DNA from: a virus
Taxonomy: Duplodnaviria; Caudoviricetes
DNA: 54,407 nt
Reading direction: 5' to 3' (one strand)
IMG/VR virus record: IMGVR_UViG_3300032327_000339
Coordinates: 1-54,407 of that record
Below the pieces are notes generated by a model. The model was not told the DNA's origin and ran no database searches. It saw only the letters and a program-made list of their open reading frames with translations. Position 1 is the first letter of the stretch. Each line of letters begins with the position of its first letter. Of this stretch, positions 1 through 10,164 are shown piece after piece. A program made the translations under genes and the position numbers.

Positions 1-2
1 CT

Positions 3-1265
3 TATATTCACGATATCGTAAAGGACTTCACACAGGAAACTTATGGCTGTATTCTTTATCAGGAACAAGTTATGCTTGCCTGTGTTCACTTAGGTGGAAT
101 GTCTATGGTTGAGGCTGATAAAGTTCGTAAGATTATTGGTAAGAAAAAAGATGCTAGAGAGTTTGATCAGTATCGTGAGCGATTTGTAAAGGGTGCTTCT
201 AAGCACATTACAGAGAAGCAAGCAGAAGGTTTGTGGAAAGACTTTGAAGCCCACGCAGGTTATTCATTTAACAAATCACACGCTGTTGCTTACTCAATGT
301 TATCTTACTGGTCGGCTTGGCTAAAGAAGTATTATCCACACGAATTTATGTATTCACTTCTTCGTAATGAAAAAGATAAGGATACTCGTACAGATTATCT
401 TATTGAAGCAAAGCGTATGGGTATTGCAATCAAGTTGCCACACGTTAATGAATCAGACATTGACTTTACCCTTGACGGTGATTCGATTAGATTTGGTCTT
501 GGTAACATTAAGTTTATCTCTGAAAATATCGGTAGCAAAATTATTGCCAATAGACCATATCAGAGTTATGAACACTTGAAAGAACTTGCTGTACAAAAAG
601 GTTCTGGTATTAATAACAGGGCTATTGATGCACTTAATAGAGTTGGTGCAGCAGCATTTAATGACAATCTAAGGAATGGAAATGAAAAAGAAAACTATTA
701 CGAATATCTTAATATTCCTGAGTTCACAAGTGATATGCCACGCTGGATTGAAGCTTATGCAAAACCACTTGAAGATTACACAGAAGAGGGATGCTTTCTC
801 GTTATTGCTATGGTCAAATCCATCAAGCGAGGAGACGGTTGGTCACGCATCGAAATCGTTGACAAGACTGGCTCTGTTGGCATCTTTGACAGGTCGGACA
901 CAACAATCGAGCCAGGAAAAATCTACATCTTCCTAGTTGCAGATAACCGTATTGGTGCCTATGCAACAGCAGATAATATGAAAGATGTTAAGGATCCTTT
1001 CATTAAATACTTACAGGCAAAGTCTATGCCTTTGGGTGATGGTGAATATTTTACTATTAGCTTTACCCCAAGAAAGACTAAGGCTGGACAGAAAATGGCT
1101 AATGCAGTTATTGCGGATTCCGATAAAGATTTAAAGTCTATCGTAATCTTTCCTAATATGTATGGGCAAGCATTAGCAAATCTAAAGCCAGGAAATAAGT
1201 GTAAGCCAGTCTTACAAGAAACACAATCAGGTAGTACTACAGTAAAGGAGTTTGAACGAGTATGA
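3..1265 (+). CDS. dnaE: DNA polymerase III alpha subunit, C-terminal part (5'-truncated by the window)
   Basis: The frame is open from position 3 (YIHDIVKDFTQETYGCILYQEQVML). It carries the DnaE motifs YQEQVM, GYSFNKSHAVAYS and IRFGL, followed by OB-fold-like segments. Confidence 0.95.
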   Translation, partial: YIHDIVKDFTQETYGCILYQEQVMLACVHLGGMSMVEADKVRKIIGKKKDAREFDQYRERFVKGASKHITEKQAEGLWKDFEAHAGYSFNKSHAVAYSMLSYWSAWLKKYYPHEFMYSLLRNEKDKDTRTDYLIEAKRMGIAIKLPHVNESDIDFTLDGDSIRFGLGNIKFISENIGSKIIANRPYQSYEHLKELAVQKGSGINNRAIDALNRVGAAAFNDNLRNGNEKENYYEYLNIPEFTSDMPRWIEAYAKPLEDYTEEGCFLVIAMVKSIKRGDGWSRIEIVDKTGSVGIFDRSDTTIEPGKIYIFLVADNRIGAYATADNMKDVKDPFIKYLQAKSMPLGDGEYFTISFTPRKTKAGQKMANAVIADSDKDLKSIVIFPNMYGQALANLKPGNKCKPVLQETQSGSTTVKEFERV

Positions 1266-1600
1266 ATCTAGATAATTTAGCACAGAATGTGCACAGTAAC
1301 GCAAAAATTAAGGGCTTCTGGGACTATATGTATCCAGAACCAAAGTCAGATACTTTTATCTTTTATGCAAAGCAGATTGCTATGATCCATTCAGAAGCAA
1401 CAGAGGTTCTTGAGGCACTGCGTAAGAGTAAGGGACAACAGGAAGTCGTAGAAGAATTAGCGGATATTATTATTCGTGTAGTTGATTTATATGAAGGTCT
1501 TCGTGTTGCAGGTGAAGTAGAAGCATCGCTTGAAGATACATTAATTCAAAAGACTATGATTAATTCACAGCGACCAAAAATGCATAACGTATTGGGATGA
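1262..1600 (+). CDS. MazG-like nucleotide pyrophosphohydrolase
   Basis: SEATEVLEALRK...EELADIIIR acidic helix motifs. Confidence 0.8.
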   Translation: MNLDNLAQNVHSNAKIKGFWDYMYPEPKSDTFIFYAKQIAMIHSEATEVLEALRKSKGQQEVVEELADIIIRVVDLYEGLRVAGEVEASLEDTLIQKTMINSQRPKMHNVLG

Positions 1601-1606
1601 TATAAT

Positions 1607-1873
1607 ATGCAAGGATACTTTTTAGAGGGAGTAGATGGAGAGCTTCTACTTGTAATAAGAGGTCATAGCGAAGAGCAAATGTATTCAATTATTAAAAAGA
1701 TTGAAACTATGCGAGAAGAAGAAATAAAAGAATTAGCACAAACATTGGAGATGCATTTTAATGATAGAAACAAAGATGGAAGACATTCTAGCGAGACTAG
1801 ATCCCAAAACAAGAAAAAGGGTACAGTCAGCAACAGAAGTAGAAATAGAAAAACAACCAACACCAAGCCTTAG
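1607..1873 (+). CDS. hypothetical protein whose 3' end overlaps recA
   Basis: The ORF fills the gap between mazG and recA. Its tail runs in an alternative frame over the recA start. Confidence 0.55.
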   Translation: MQGYFLEGVDGELLLVIRGHSEEQMYSIIKKIETMREEEIKELAQTLEMHFNDRNKDGRHSSETRSQNKKKGTVSNRSRNRKTTNTKP

Positions 1874-2768
1874 TCTTAATGTTGGATTAAAAGGTGGCTT
1901 AGGATATGGTCGCCAAGTTCTTGTTTGGGGAAACAAGTCAGCAGGTAAATCATCTTTTTGCTTGCAGATGATTGGTGAAGCCCAAAAGAATGGAAAGGTC
2001 TGTGCTTGGATTGATTCCGAGCAATCTTATTCCCCAGAGTGGGCAGAACAACTAGGTGTTGATTCAGAACAACTAATTTATTCTCCAGCAAAAACTATTA
2101 ATGATATGGTCGATGTTAGTGTAGATTTGATGAAAGCTGGCGTAGATATTATTGTAGTAGATTCTATCTCTGCTCTACTTCCTGCAATCTATTTTGAAAA
2201 AGATGGAAGTGAACTTAAAGAACTTCAAGACACTAAGCAGATCGGTGCTGAGGCAAAAGATATGACTCACGCAGTTAAGATGCTTAACTATGTAAATGAA
2301 AATACCCTGCTTGTTCTTATTTCACAACAACGAAATAGTTTTGGTGGAATGCATGCAACTCATATTCCTACAGGTGGTATGGCTGTTAAGTTCTTTAGTA
2401 GTACCATCGTAAAGTTGTGGTCTTCGGAAGCAGAAGCAAACTCTATTAAAGATAAGATCTCTATTGGAGATAGATTAATCGAACAAAAAGTTGGTCGCCC
2501 AGTAAATTGGAGTATTGATTACAATAAGACTGGTCCACAGTTTATCGGTGGATCGTATGACTTTTACTTCCAAGGTGAGCACGTTGGTGTAGATAAGGTT
2601 GCAGATCTTGTAGATGTTGCAGAACTTATGGGTATCATTGAGCGTGGCGGTGCTTGGTATACAATCCTAGATCAGCGTTTACAAGGTCGTGCAAAGGTGG
2701 TAGAATATGTAAGGTCTAATCCTGAAATATTTGATACACTAGAAAGTATGGTGTATGCAAAGATATGA
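1761..2768 (+). CDS. recA: RecA/UvsX-like recombinase
   Basis: Walker A GNKSAGKS, WIDSE, Walker B IIVVDS, GGMAVKF and GGAWY motifs. Confidence 0.95.
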   Translation: MIETKMEDILARLDPKTRKRVQSATEVEIEKQPTPSLSLNVGLKGGLGYGRQVLVWGNKSAGKSSFCLQMIGEAQKNGKVCAWIDSEQSYSPEWAEQLGVDSEQLIYSPAKTINDMVDVSVDLMKAGVDIIVVDSISALLPAIYFEKDGSELKELQDTKQIGAEAKDMTHAVKMLNYVNENTLLVLISQQRNSFGGMHATHIPTGGMAVKFFSSTIVKLWSSEAEANSIKDKISIGDRLIEQKVGRPVNWSIDYNKTGPQFIGGSYDFYFQGEHVGVDKVADLVDVAELMGIIERGGAWYTILDQRLQGRAKVVEYVRSNPEIFDTLESMVYAKI

Positions 2769-2962
2769 TAGATCCAAGAGACTTTATTAATAATAAGCCA
2801 GATGTGGCAAAGCCAGAACCAGAAAATGAGGATATAGAAGTGTCAGGAAGTTTTGTATGTGGAGAGTGTTTTGCCCAAGTTAATTCAGCCTATTTGAATG
2901 AGGATGATATGACACTAAATTATGTGTGTCTTGATGGTCATAAGAATACGGCAACATTATGA
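2765..2962 (+). CDS. small Zn-binding hypothetical protein
   Basis: CGEC...CLDGH, with ATGA coupling to both neighbours. Confidence 0.7.
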   Translation: MIDPRDFINNKPDVAKPEPENEDIEVSGSFVCGECFAQVNSAYLNEDDMTLNYVCLDGHKNTATL

Positions 2963-3264
2963 GTGAACGTGGAGAGTTAAAAAAGATAGGTGCAAAGGCA
3001 CATAAAAACTCTGGTCGTGGACAATACCAAAAAGCTGATGGCTCTACAGATGAGTTTGTAGTGGATGTAAAAGAGGCAGGTAAAAGCTTTACCCTTAACC
3101 AAGCAGTATGGGCTAAGATCGTCACAGACACGCTTAAAACGGATAAGAACAAGTACCCTGCCCTTTTAGTGGCAATCGGTGAAACACATAAGATAAGATT
3201 AGCAGTCATTGAATGGGCTGCCCTAGAAGATTTATTGGAGAGAGCAAATGGAATCAACCCTTGA
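2959..3264 (+). CDS. PD-(D/E)XK nuclease, Holliday-junction-resolvase-like
   Basis: N-terminal E, SG..., KAD and VDVK catalytic pattern in a recombination operon. Confidence 0.6.
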   Translation: MSERGELKKIGAKAHKNSGRGQYQKADGSTDEFVVDVKEAGKSFTLNQAVWAKIVTDTLKTDKNKYPALLVAIGETHKIRLAVIEWAALEDLLERANGINP

Positions 3265-3583
3265 TTATATCAATCAGGTAACTGAGTTTAATGATATACA
3301 CGAGTTTATGAAAGATGAAGATCTTGATGAGGCATTAGCATTGATTGTTAAAGTTATGATGAAGCCAGATATCCCATCAGTTCAAGCGGTTGCACTTATA
3401 AGTAAGTTGCAAGCAATGAGTGCCAAGTTTGGGGTATTAGCAACTTGGTATTCTACTGTTGAAAAAGGACCATCTGGTAGTATTAATAATACAAAAAAGA
3501 ATGTTTACTATACAATGAAGGATTCTATCGATAAGATGGTAGATGCTCTAAAGTATGTAGCACGATATAACTTAGGAGCATAA
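3248..3583 (+). CDS. hypothetical protein
   Basis: ORF track, RBS GGAG, translationally coupled. Confidence 0.8.
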   Translation: MESTLDYINQVTEFNDIHEFMKDEDLDEALALIVKVMMKPDIPSVQAVALISKLQAMSAKFGVLATWYSTVEKGPSGSINNTKKNVYYTMKDSIDKMVDALKYVARYNLGA

Positions 3584-4356
3584 TGGCTAAAAATTTAATA
3601 GGTACGCTTACAAGCAAGCCAAGAAATACGAAGATTGATGCAAAAAAATTTAGACTTGCGGTAGGTAAGGCATATCTAGAGGGTAAGAATGGAACAAAGT
3701 TTATGACAAAGAAAACATTTTCTCCATCTACTGTTGGTTATGGATACGGTAAGTGTCCTAGATATTGGAATCTTGCCTTTAGTGGTGCAAACTTTAAGAC
3801 AAGTTTTACATCGCAAGGTATGGCTGCTATGAATGCTGGAACACAAGCACACGATAGAATTCAGGCTGCTTTGCTTAAGGCTGGATTAGTTAAAGAACTT
3901 GAAAAAGAAATTACTTGTGCGAATCCACCCATTCGTGGTTTTGCAGATATGATCTCTGAAGTAGACGGTGAAGATATTGTTGGGGAAATCAAAACAATTA
4001 AGTCAGAGGGTTTTGATATTCGTAAAGATACTTCTACTGGAGCAGATAGTCACGTTGTTCAATTACTTATTTATATGCGTGTTCTTGACTTACAAGAAGG
4101 ATACTTTCTTTATGAAAATAAAAACAGTCACGAGATTTCTGTTATCCCTATCATAATGTCTGATGAAAATGCAAAGTATGCGGATTACATTCTTGATTGG
4201 ATGAGGGAAGTATATTCAGCTTGGCAAAACAAAAAAAATATCAAGCGACCATTTAAAGAAAATAGTACGAGTTGCAACTACTGCCCATTAAAGGGTGATT
4301 GTTGGGAAGCCACAGATGGTAGAACAAAGATTGAACCTTTGGAGGTTCGTTCGTGA
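3583..4356 (+). CDS. Cas4-like (PD-(D/E)XK) exonuclease
   Basis: CPR...GTQAH...GFAD...EIKT...QLLIYM...CNYCPLKGDC, a 1+3 Cys Fe-S pattern. Confidence 0.85.
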   Translation: MAKNLIGTLTSKPRNTKIDAKKFRLAVGKAYLEGKNGTKFMTKKTFSPSTVGYGYGKCPRYWNLAFSGANFKTSFTSQGMAAMNAGTQAHDRIQAALLKAGLVKELEKEITCANPPIRGFADMISEVDGEDIVGEIKTIKSEGFDIRKDTSTGADSHVVQLLIYMRVLDLQEGYFLYENKNSHEISVIPIIMSDENAKYADYILDWMREVYSAWQNKKNIKRPFKENSTSCNYCPLKGDCWEATDGRTKIEPLEVRS

Positions 4357-4649
4357 CCAAAGCTTGTATTCAATGTAACAAGCAGTTTGAATATAAAACT
4401 CATAATCAGAAGTATTGTTCAAAGGATTGTTGCAGATTATCCACAAATAAAAAGATTATGGAAAAGTATTATGCTAAAAAAGCTAGACTTGCTGGAGAGG
4501 TAAGGCTATGTTCTTCTTGTAATCTTCAATTAAGCAGATATAATCCAGATACTACTTGTCAGGATTGTCAGAATGCAAAAAAGAAAAATAAGGCAAATAT
4601 AGCAAGGGATGAGATTTTAAATGTCATTGGCAAAACTAGCAAAAACTAA
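4353..4649 (+). CDS. Zn-finger hypothetical protein
   Basis: CxxC...YCSxxC...CxxC...CxxC. Confidence 0.75.
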   Translation: MTKACIQCNKQFEYKTHNQKYCSKDCCRLSTNKKIMEKYYAKKARLAGEVRLCSSCNLQLSRYNPDTTCQDCQNAKKKNKANIARDEILNVIGKTSKN

Positions 4650-5187
4650 GGCTAATAAAGTATTAGGAATAGATGCGTCAACCGCATCTGTTGCCTTTTG
4701 CTTGTTTGAAGATGGTAAGCCTGTTAAGTTTGGTAAACTTCCAATCGAAGGTGCAGATATTTATGAAAAGATTAAGGATGCAAATACAAAGGCAAGAGTT
4801 ATTGCTTCATTAGTAGAGCCAGATTATGTTGCTGTTGAATCTGCAATTATGGTAAGGTCTGCAGATGCTGGATTAAAGATTGCAATGATTGTTGGTGCTA
4901 TTCTTGCACAGCTTTTAAGACCACATACAAAAGTTATGACAGTAGCCCCTGTACAGTGGCAAGCATTTATTGGGAATAAGAACCCAACTAAAGCAGATAA
5001 ACTGGCTCTTGAGAAAGAGATTCCAGGAAAAAGTGTATCTTGGTATAAAGCTGAGATGAGAAATCGTCGGAAGCAAAAGACTATGGACTACTTCATTGGA
5101 AACTATGGAGTAGATGTAACCGATAATGACGTTGGTGACTCTATGGGTATTGCTTATTATGCCTACAAGAATCTAACGGAGAGATAA
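4621..5187 (+). CDS. ruvC: RuvC-like Holliday junction resolvase
   Basis: VLGIDAS...VAVE...DVGDSMGIA. Confidence 0.85.
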   Translation: MSLAKLAKTKANKVLGIDASTASVAFCLFEDGKPVKFGKLPIEGADIYEKIKDANTKARVIASLVEPDYVAVESAIMVRSADAGLKIAMIVGAILAQLLRPHTKVMTVAPVQWQAFIGNKNPTKADKLALEKEIPGKSVSWYKAEMRNRRKQKTMDYFIGNYGVDVTDNDVGDSMGIAYYAYKNLTER

Positions 5188-5354
5188 TGAAATTATATCA
5201 ATCTAAAAATTGGTTGACAAAAAGATACTTAGTTGATAAAATGGGTATTGAGCAGATTGCAAAAGAATGCAATACAAGTCACCAAACTATTTATAGATAC
5301 TTAGTGCAGTTTGGATTAGTAAGGGAGCAAAGGTCTTGGAAAAAGAAAAATTAG
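5187..5354 (+). CDS. small HTH DNA-binding protein (not in ORF track)
   Basis: Translated by hand as MKLYQSKNWLTKRYLVDKMGIEQIAKECNTSHQTIYRYLVQFGL..., with TAATG coupling to ruvC. Confidence 0.8.
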   Translation: MKLYQSKNWLTKRYLVDKMGIEQIAKECNTSHQTIYRYLVQFGLVREQRSWKKKN

Positions 5355-6310
5355 AACTTAATATTAGTGGTCTCAACGCAGACTTAAATAATGAAAGTGC
5401 AAAGCTTAGGGATTTTATTGCTTTGTATGAAATAAAAAACGCACTTGAAAAGATTAACTTTGAACTAACTACCTTAGATATTAATTGTTTAGTTAATATT
5501 TCTTTTGGTAGTCCAGATATGCACACCTTTATGCCAAACGCATATAACATTTTTTATTCGGCGGTTGATAAAGAAAATATATCTGAAGACGATATCGTTT
5601 CCTTGAATAGAGCCAATGAAGTGTGGACTCCATCAAGTATCAATTTTGAAGCATTAAAGTCTTTGTTATCTGTTCCAGTTTATAAAATTCCTTTTGGTGT
5701 ATCTGGAACATTTTTGCCAACTAAAAGAAAGATTAGCGATGTATTTAGTTTTCTTCACGTTGGTGAACAAGATGGAAAAAGTAATACAGATCAAGTAGTT
5801 GCTGCTTTTATTCAAGAATTTGGTCACAATGAAAATGCAACCCTCACTCTTAAATCAAGATCTGAAGAGCCTTGGATAGTAATTGATGATGGTAACGGAA
5901 ACTATGTTTCCCCAGATTATATTTATAAGAATATAAAGATAATTAATGATACTCTATTCCCATCTGAATATGTTAATCTTTTGCACACCCATAATTGTTT
6001 GGTGTCTGCAGCACAAGATAAAAGTTTTGGATTTATTCCGCTTGAGGCTATCGCAACAGGAATGCCAGTGATTTCTACATACGATTGGTCTGATTACTCT
6101 GAACTAATAGAGTATAAAATAGATAGCCCATCAATAAGTAATATTGCTCAATCTATGAAAAAAGCATACAGCAATAGAATTGAGGATGCGGAGAATTGTT
6201 TTTATAAATCATTCAAAGCACATAGGGAGTGGCAGTGGGATGAAATATTTATTAATAATTCCATTAAAAGATTAAAGTTTGCACATAATTACGAGTTAGG
6301 AAATGAATAA
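5336..6310 (+). CDS. GT-B (GT4-like) glycosyltransferase
   Basis: EVWTPS...FLHVG...SFGFIPLEAIATGMPVIS. Start codon uncertain. Confidence 0.85.
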   Translation: MEKEKLELNISGLNADLNNESAKLRDFIALYEIKNALEKINFELTTLDINCLVNISFGSPDMHTFMPNAYNIFYSAVDKENISEDDIVSLNRANEVWTPSSINFEALKSLLSVPVYKIPFGVSGTFLPTKRKISDVFSFLHVGEQDGKSNTDQVVAAFIQEFGHNENATLTLKSRSEEPWIVIDDGNGNYVSPDYIYKNIKIINDTLFPSEYVNLLHTHNCLVSAAQDKSFGFIPLEAIATGMPVISTYDWSDYSELIEYKIDSPSISNIAQSMKKAYSNRIEDAENCFYKSFKAHREWQWDEIFINNSIKRLKFAHNYELGNE

Positions 6311-6654
6311 TGTTTGAATATGAATATAAAAATGATTATGGTCTAAATGAATTAATTGATTTTGCGTTAGAAGCACCAGCAGGAAAGGAAATTCTTGCAG
6401 AAGCTGTATATATTACCAAGATGTTAATTCAAAAAAATATTTCTTATGGTAACTCCGCTTTATATCCTGCATCTATTTTTAGTAAGGGTACGGCGGTAGA
6501 ACAACTATCAGCAAGATTAGATGACAAGTTAAATAGAATTAAGAATAACCAGACCTTTGAAAACGAGGGTATGGTCGATGCAGTAGATGATATTCTTGGA
6601 TATTTAATCCTTCTTAAAATAGCAATTAAGAATCAACTTAAGGAAGATAAGTAA
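6310..6654 (+). CDS. DUF1599 / nucleotide-modification-associated domain 1-like protein
   Basis: KNISYGNSA...RLDDKLNRI...DDILGYLILL. Confidence 0.7.
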   Translation: MFEYEYKNDYGLNELIDFALEAPAGKEILAEAVYITKMLIQKNISYGNSALYPASIFSKGTAVEQLSARLDDKLNRIKNNQTFENEGMVDAVDDILGYLILLKIAIKNQLKEDK

Positions 6655-6830
6655 TGCCAATCTATCAATATGTCTGTAAAGACTGTGATTCTTTACAGGA
6701 TCTAAAAAGAACTATTGGTGAAAGAGACAATGAAGCACTTTGCGAACATTGCTCATTACCAATGCAAAGAATATTCAACGCTCCTACCATTACATTTAAT
6801 GGTCCAGGATTTTACAGTACAGGTGGCTAA
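6654..6830 (+). CDS. FmdB-family zinc-ribbon protein (not in ORF track)
   Basis: MPIYQYVCKDC...CEHC..PMQRIF...FNGPGFYSTGG. Confidence 0.85.
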   Translation: MPIYQYVCKDCDSLQDLKRTIGERDNEALCEHCSLPMQRIFNAPTITFNGPGFYSTGG

Positions 6831-6831
6831 A

Positions 6832-7101
6832 ATGGCTAAGAAAAAAGTAGAGATTCAATATAATCCTAATTGGACAATATGGTACGAATATCAACACGGA
6901 AAAGATATTATTGTTCCAGGAACACCACTTAAAATTAAGTATGAACGTGGTATTTATAAATTTGAAAAGCATGTAATTAATTCTAAAACAAATACAGAGT
7001 GGATTGATGTGATTGGTCCAGATGGATACCGTTCCTTTTATCCAGAACGATTAAAGGGTATAATTAAACCTAAGAGAAAAAGGATAAAGAAAAATGTCTG
7101 A
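6832..7101 (+). CDS. hypothetical protein
   Basis: ATG 1 nt after the FmdB stop, which is more likely than the 6715 start in the track. Confidence 0.7.
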   Translation: MAKKKVEIQYNPNWTIWYEYQHGKDIIVPGTPLKIKYERGIYKFEKHVINSKTNTEWIDVIGPDGYRSFYPERLKGIIKPKRKRIKKNV

Positions 7102-7609
7102 GTTAGAACTTGCTGACCGTTGGGAACGTATCAATGTAGTTGCATCTGAGTTTTTAAAGGGTAACACCAATCCCACCGATATTGCAAGGTCTACAGGCTT
7201 TAAGAGAGCAGACGTTGTTGAGTACCTAGAGGAGTGGCGTTATGTTATCAAGAGTGACAAGCAGGTTCAAATTCGTGCGAGAGAGGCTCTCACAGGAGCT
7301 GATCAGCATTACTCTATGCTTATTAAAGAAGCTTGGTCTGTGGTAGAAGAAGCTACAAGGTCTGCACAACTAAATCAAAAAACATCAGCACTTAAACTTA
7401 TTGCAGATGTGCAGCAGAAACAAATTGATATGCTGCAAAAAGCAGGTATGCTAGATAACAATGAAATGGCTGAAAAGATTATTGAGACAGAAGAACGTCA
7501 GGAAGTAATTATGTCTGTAATTCGTGATGTTGTATCTAGTTGTGATCATTGTAAGATGTTGGTAGCAGAAAAACTATCTATCATTAGCGACAAGGCAGAG
7601 CCTATTTAA
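7094..7609 (+). CDS. probable terminase small subunit (HTH + helical)
   Basis: N-terminal HTH-like DIARSTGFKRADV, directly upstream of terL. Confidence 0.55.
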   Translation: MSELELADRWERINVVASEFLKGNTNPTDIARSTGFKRADVVEYLEEWRYVIKSDKQVQIRAREALTGADQHYSMLIKEAWSVVEEATRSAQLNQKTSALKLIADVQQKQIDMLQKAGMLDNNEMAEKIIETEERQEVIMSVIRDVVSSCDHCKMLVAEKLSIISDKAEPI

Positions 7610-9402
7610 TGTTTGAAGATGTACTAGACCTTCTTGGTGGTGATGAGTTTGATGAAAAGCCAGTAATGCTAGAAGAGTTTGTTGTATCTGAAAACTATTT
7701 AGGATTGCCACCACTATCTGATTATCAGTATCAGTCCATTCGTGCTATGAGTCAGATCTATAAAAAGCAAACACTACTTAATCTTTATGGCGAAGATGAG
7801 GGTCAAAAAAGATGGAAACAAACTTGTAATGAAGTAATTCTTCAACTTGGTAAGGGTTCTGGTAAGGACTATATGTCTACCATCGCTGTTACCTATATGG
7901 TTTATCTTTTACTTTGTCTAAAAGATCCTGCTAGATATTATGGAAAGCCTCCAGGCGACTCTATTGATATTCTTAATATTGCTATTAATGCTCAACAGGC
8001 ACAGAATGTTTTCTTCAAAGGCTTTAAAACTAGGATTGAAAAGTCCCCTTGGTTCTTAGGTAAGTATACACCTACTGCTGGTGCTATTAAGTTTGATAAA
8101 GGCATTACCTGTCACTCAGGACACTCTGAAAGAGAGTCTTGGGAGGGTTACAACGTACTCTGTGTAATTCTTGATGAGATTTCTGGTTTTGCTACAGAGT
8201 CTACATCAGGTCACGATCAAGCAAAAACTGCTCAGGGTTTGTATGATATGTATCGTGCTTCGGTTGATTCACGCTTCCCAGATTTTGGTAAAGTCGTTCT
8301 ATTGTCATTCCCTCGTTATCGTAATGACTACATCCAGCAACGATATAATGCGGTGGTAGCAACAAAAGAAGTTCTTACTAGAGAGCATACCTTTAAACTA
8401 GATGAAGAAATGGAAGATGAAAAACAAGAAAATTACTTTACAGTACAGTGGGAAGAAGATGTTATTGAGACTTACAAGTTCCCTAAAGTTTTTGCACTTC
8501 GTAGACCTACTTGGGAAATCAATCCAACAAGAAAGATTGAGGATTTTAAGATTGCTTTCTTTACCAATCCTATTGATGCCCTATCTCGTTTTGCTTGTAT
8601 GCCTCCAGATGCAGTAGATGCTTTTTTCCGTTCAAAGGAAAAGATTGAGGCTTGTTTTAGAAGTCCAAGTCTTGCTGTAAATGATGAGGGTAGGTTTGCA
8701 GAATGGTTCCAACCAAATCCAGAAAAATTATACTTTATCCACGTTGACCTTGCACAAAAACACGATCACTGTGCAGTATCCTTAGCACACGTTGATAAGT
8801 GGGTAAAGGTAAATACATTTAACAACTATGATGTAGTTAATCCATATGTTGTAGTAGATGCTGTGAGATGGTGGACACCAACAGCAGATAAGACTGTAGA
8901 GTTTAAAGATGTAAAAAATTATATTCTAGAGCTTAGATCAAGAGGCTTTAATATCCGTATGGTTACGTTTGACCGTTGGAATAGTTTGGACATTATGAAT
9001 GAACTAAAAGCTCTTGGGATGAATACAGAAACCCTTTCTGTTGCTAAGAAGCATTATGAAGATATGGCTATGCTTGTGGCGGAAGAAAGAATACTTGGTC
9101 CATCTATCAATCTACTTACAGAAGAACTATTGCAATTACGTTTAATTCGTGATAAAGTTGATCACCCAAGAAAAGGTTCTAAGGATCTTGCAGATGCTGT
9201 ATGTGGTTCTATCTATAATGCTATTGCAGGAACACCAAAAAATATTGGAGATCGTGAGATAGAGATTCATAGTTATGGTGATTTCAAAGCTGACACACCA
9301 AAAGAACTTGGTGAAAATGTTATTGAGCAACCATATAGACACAAATTAAGTGAAGAAAAACAAGATATTGGTGAATACTTGGGTAGAATGGGAACTGTCT
9401 AA
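7609..9402 (+). CDS. terL: terminase large subunit
   Basis: Walker A LGKGSGKD, Walker B VILDE, nuclease HVDLA...FDRW...DHP..GSKDLADA. Confidence 0.92.
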   Translation: MFEDVLDLLGGDEFDEKPVMLEEFVVSENYLGLPPLSDYQYQSIRAMSQIYKKQTLLNLYGEDEGQKRWKQTCNEVILQLGKGSGKDYMSTIAVTYMVYLLLCLKDPARYYGKPPGDSIDILNIAINAQQAQNVFFKGFKTRIEKSPWFLGKYTPTAGAIKFDKGITCHSGHSERESWEGYNVLCVILDEISGFATESTSGHDQAKTAQGLYDMYRASVDSRFPDFGKVVLLSFPRYRNDYIQQRYNAVVATKEVLTREHTFKLDEEMEDEKQENYFTVQWEEDVIETYKFPKVFALRRPTWEINPTRKIEDFKIAFFTNPIDALSRFACMPPDAVDAFFRSKEKIEACFRSPSLAVNDEGRFAEWFQPNPEKLYFIHVDLAQKHDHCAVSLAHVDKWVKVNTFNNYDVVNPYVVVDAVRWWTPTADKTVEFKDVKNYILELRSRGFNIRMVTFDRWNSLDIMNELKALGMNTETLSVAKKHYEDMAMLVAEERILGPSINLLTEELLQLRLIRDKVDHPRKGSKDLADAVCGSIYNAIAGTPKNIGDREIEIHSYGDFKADTPKELGENVIEQPYRHKLSEEKQDIGEYLGRMGTV

Positions 9403-9746
9403 TGGACGATATGTTTGACGGTGAAGACGAAGAAATGTCAGAAATTATTGACGGCTTAGTCGAAGATGGATATTTAATTCAAGTTGGATATGACCCTGAA
9501 GGTAAGCCTCTTTATCAAACAACACCAGAGTTTAGAGAAGTTTTTCCAGAGTTTTATGAAGAACAAATTAAAGATACAAATGAAACTATATTTGAACTAT
9601 GGAATATGGGTCTTTTAGATATGACAGTAAAAGAAGAAATTAATGACTGGGTAGTTATTCCTAATGAGAAAACATATAGTTGTAGTTTAGATGGATTAAC
9701 AAGTCACCAACAAAATATGATTAATTATATTAGAGGAAAATACTGA
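9402..9746 (+). CDS. acidic hypothetical protein
   Basis: ORF track, coupled to terL. Confidence 0.75.
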   Translation: MDDMFDGEDEEMSEIIDGLVEDGYLIQVGYDPEGKPLYQTTPEFREVFPEFYEEQIKDTNETIFELWNMGLLDMTVKEEINDWVVIPNEKTYSCSLDGLTSHQQNMINYIRGKY

Positions 9747-9758
9747 TATAATATGGTT

Positions 9759-10115
9759 ATGGATAAAGGATTTAAAGCAACATCAGGTATGAAAACTGCT
9801 GCTGCAAGAGCATTAAAATGGCATAAAGAAGGCAAGCGTGGTGGTACATCAGTAGGTTTTGCTAGAGCAAATCAAATAGTAAATGGTGAAACATTAAGTG
9901 AGTCCACTATTGCTAGAATGTTTTCTTTCTTCTCTAGGCACGAAGTTGATAAAAAAGCTGAAGGTTTTAATGGCGGAGAAAAAGGCTATCCAAGTCCAGG
10001 CAGAGTTGCTTGGGATCTTTGGGGTGGAGATGCAGGTTTTGCTTTTGCAAGACAAAAATGGAATAACATCAAGTCTATGAAAAAAGTAGACTTACCAGAA
10101 GATGAAGAAGATTAA
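9759..10115 (+). CDS. phage hypothetical protein (RVAWDLWGGDAG type)
   Basis: Recurrent phage motif GGTxVG.ARA...RMxSFFxRH...AWxLWGG. Leaderless start likely (TATAAT 9747-9752, 6 nt, ATG). Confidence 0.8.
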   Translation: MDKGFKATSGMKTAAARALKWHKEGKRGGTSVGFARANQIVNGETLSESTIARMFSFFSRHEVDKKAEGFNGGEKGYPSPGRVAWDLWGGDAGFAFARQKWNNIKSMKKVDLPEDEED

Positions 10116-10129
10116 TAGTTAAAAAACTA

Positions 10130-10158
10130 TTGACAATCAATTAGAAATAGGATAATAT
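10130..10158 (+). promoter_or_regulatory. sigma70/SigA-type promoter
   Basis: TTGACA-17-TAATAT, with ATG 6 nt downstream. Confidence 0.7.
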
Positions 10159-10164
10159 ATACAT

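Noticed and set aside
1607-1873. 113-nt overlap with recA as a functional overprinted gene
   Set aside because: The overlapping tail looks like low-complexity read-through of the recA alternative frame, and nothing suggests a function.
3-9402. Inteins or introns in dnaE, recA or terL
   Set aside because: The frames are continuous and of normal length, with no splicing or homing-endonuclease motifs seen.
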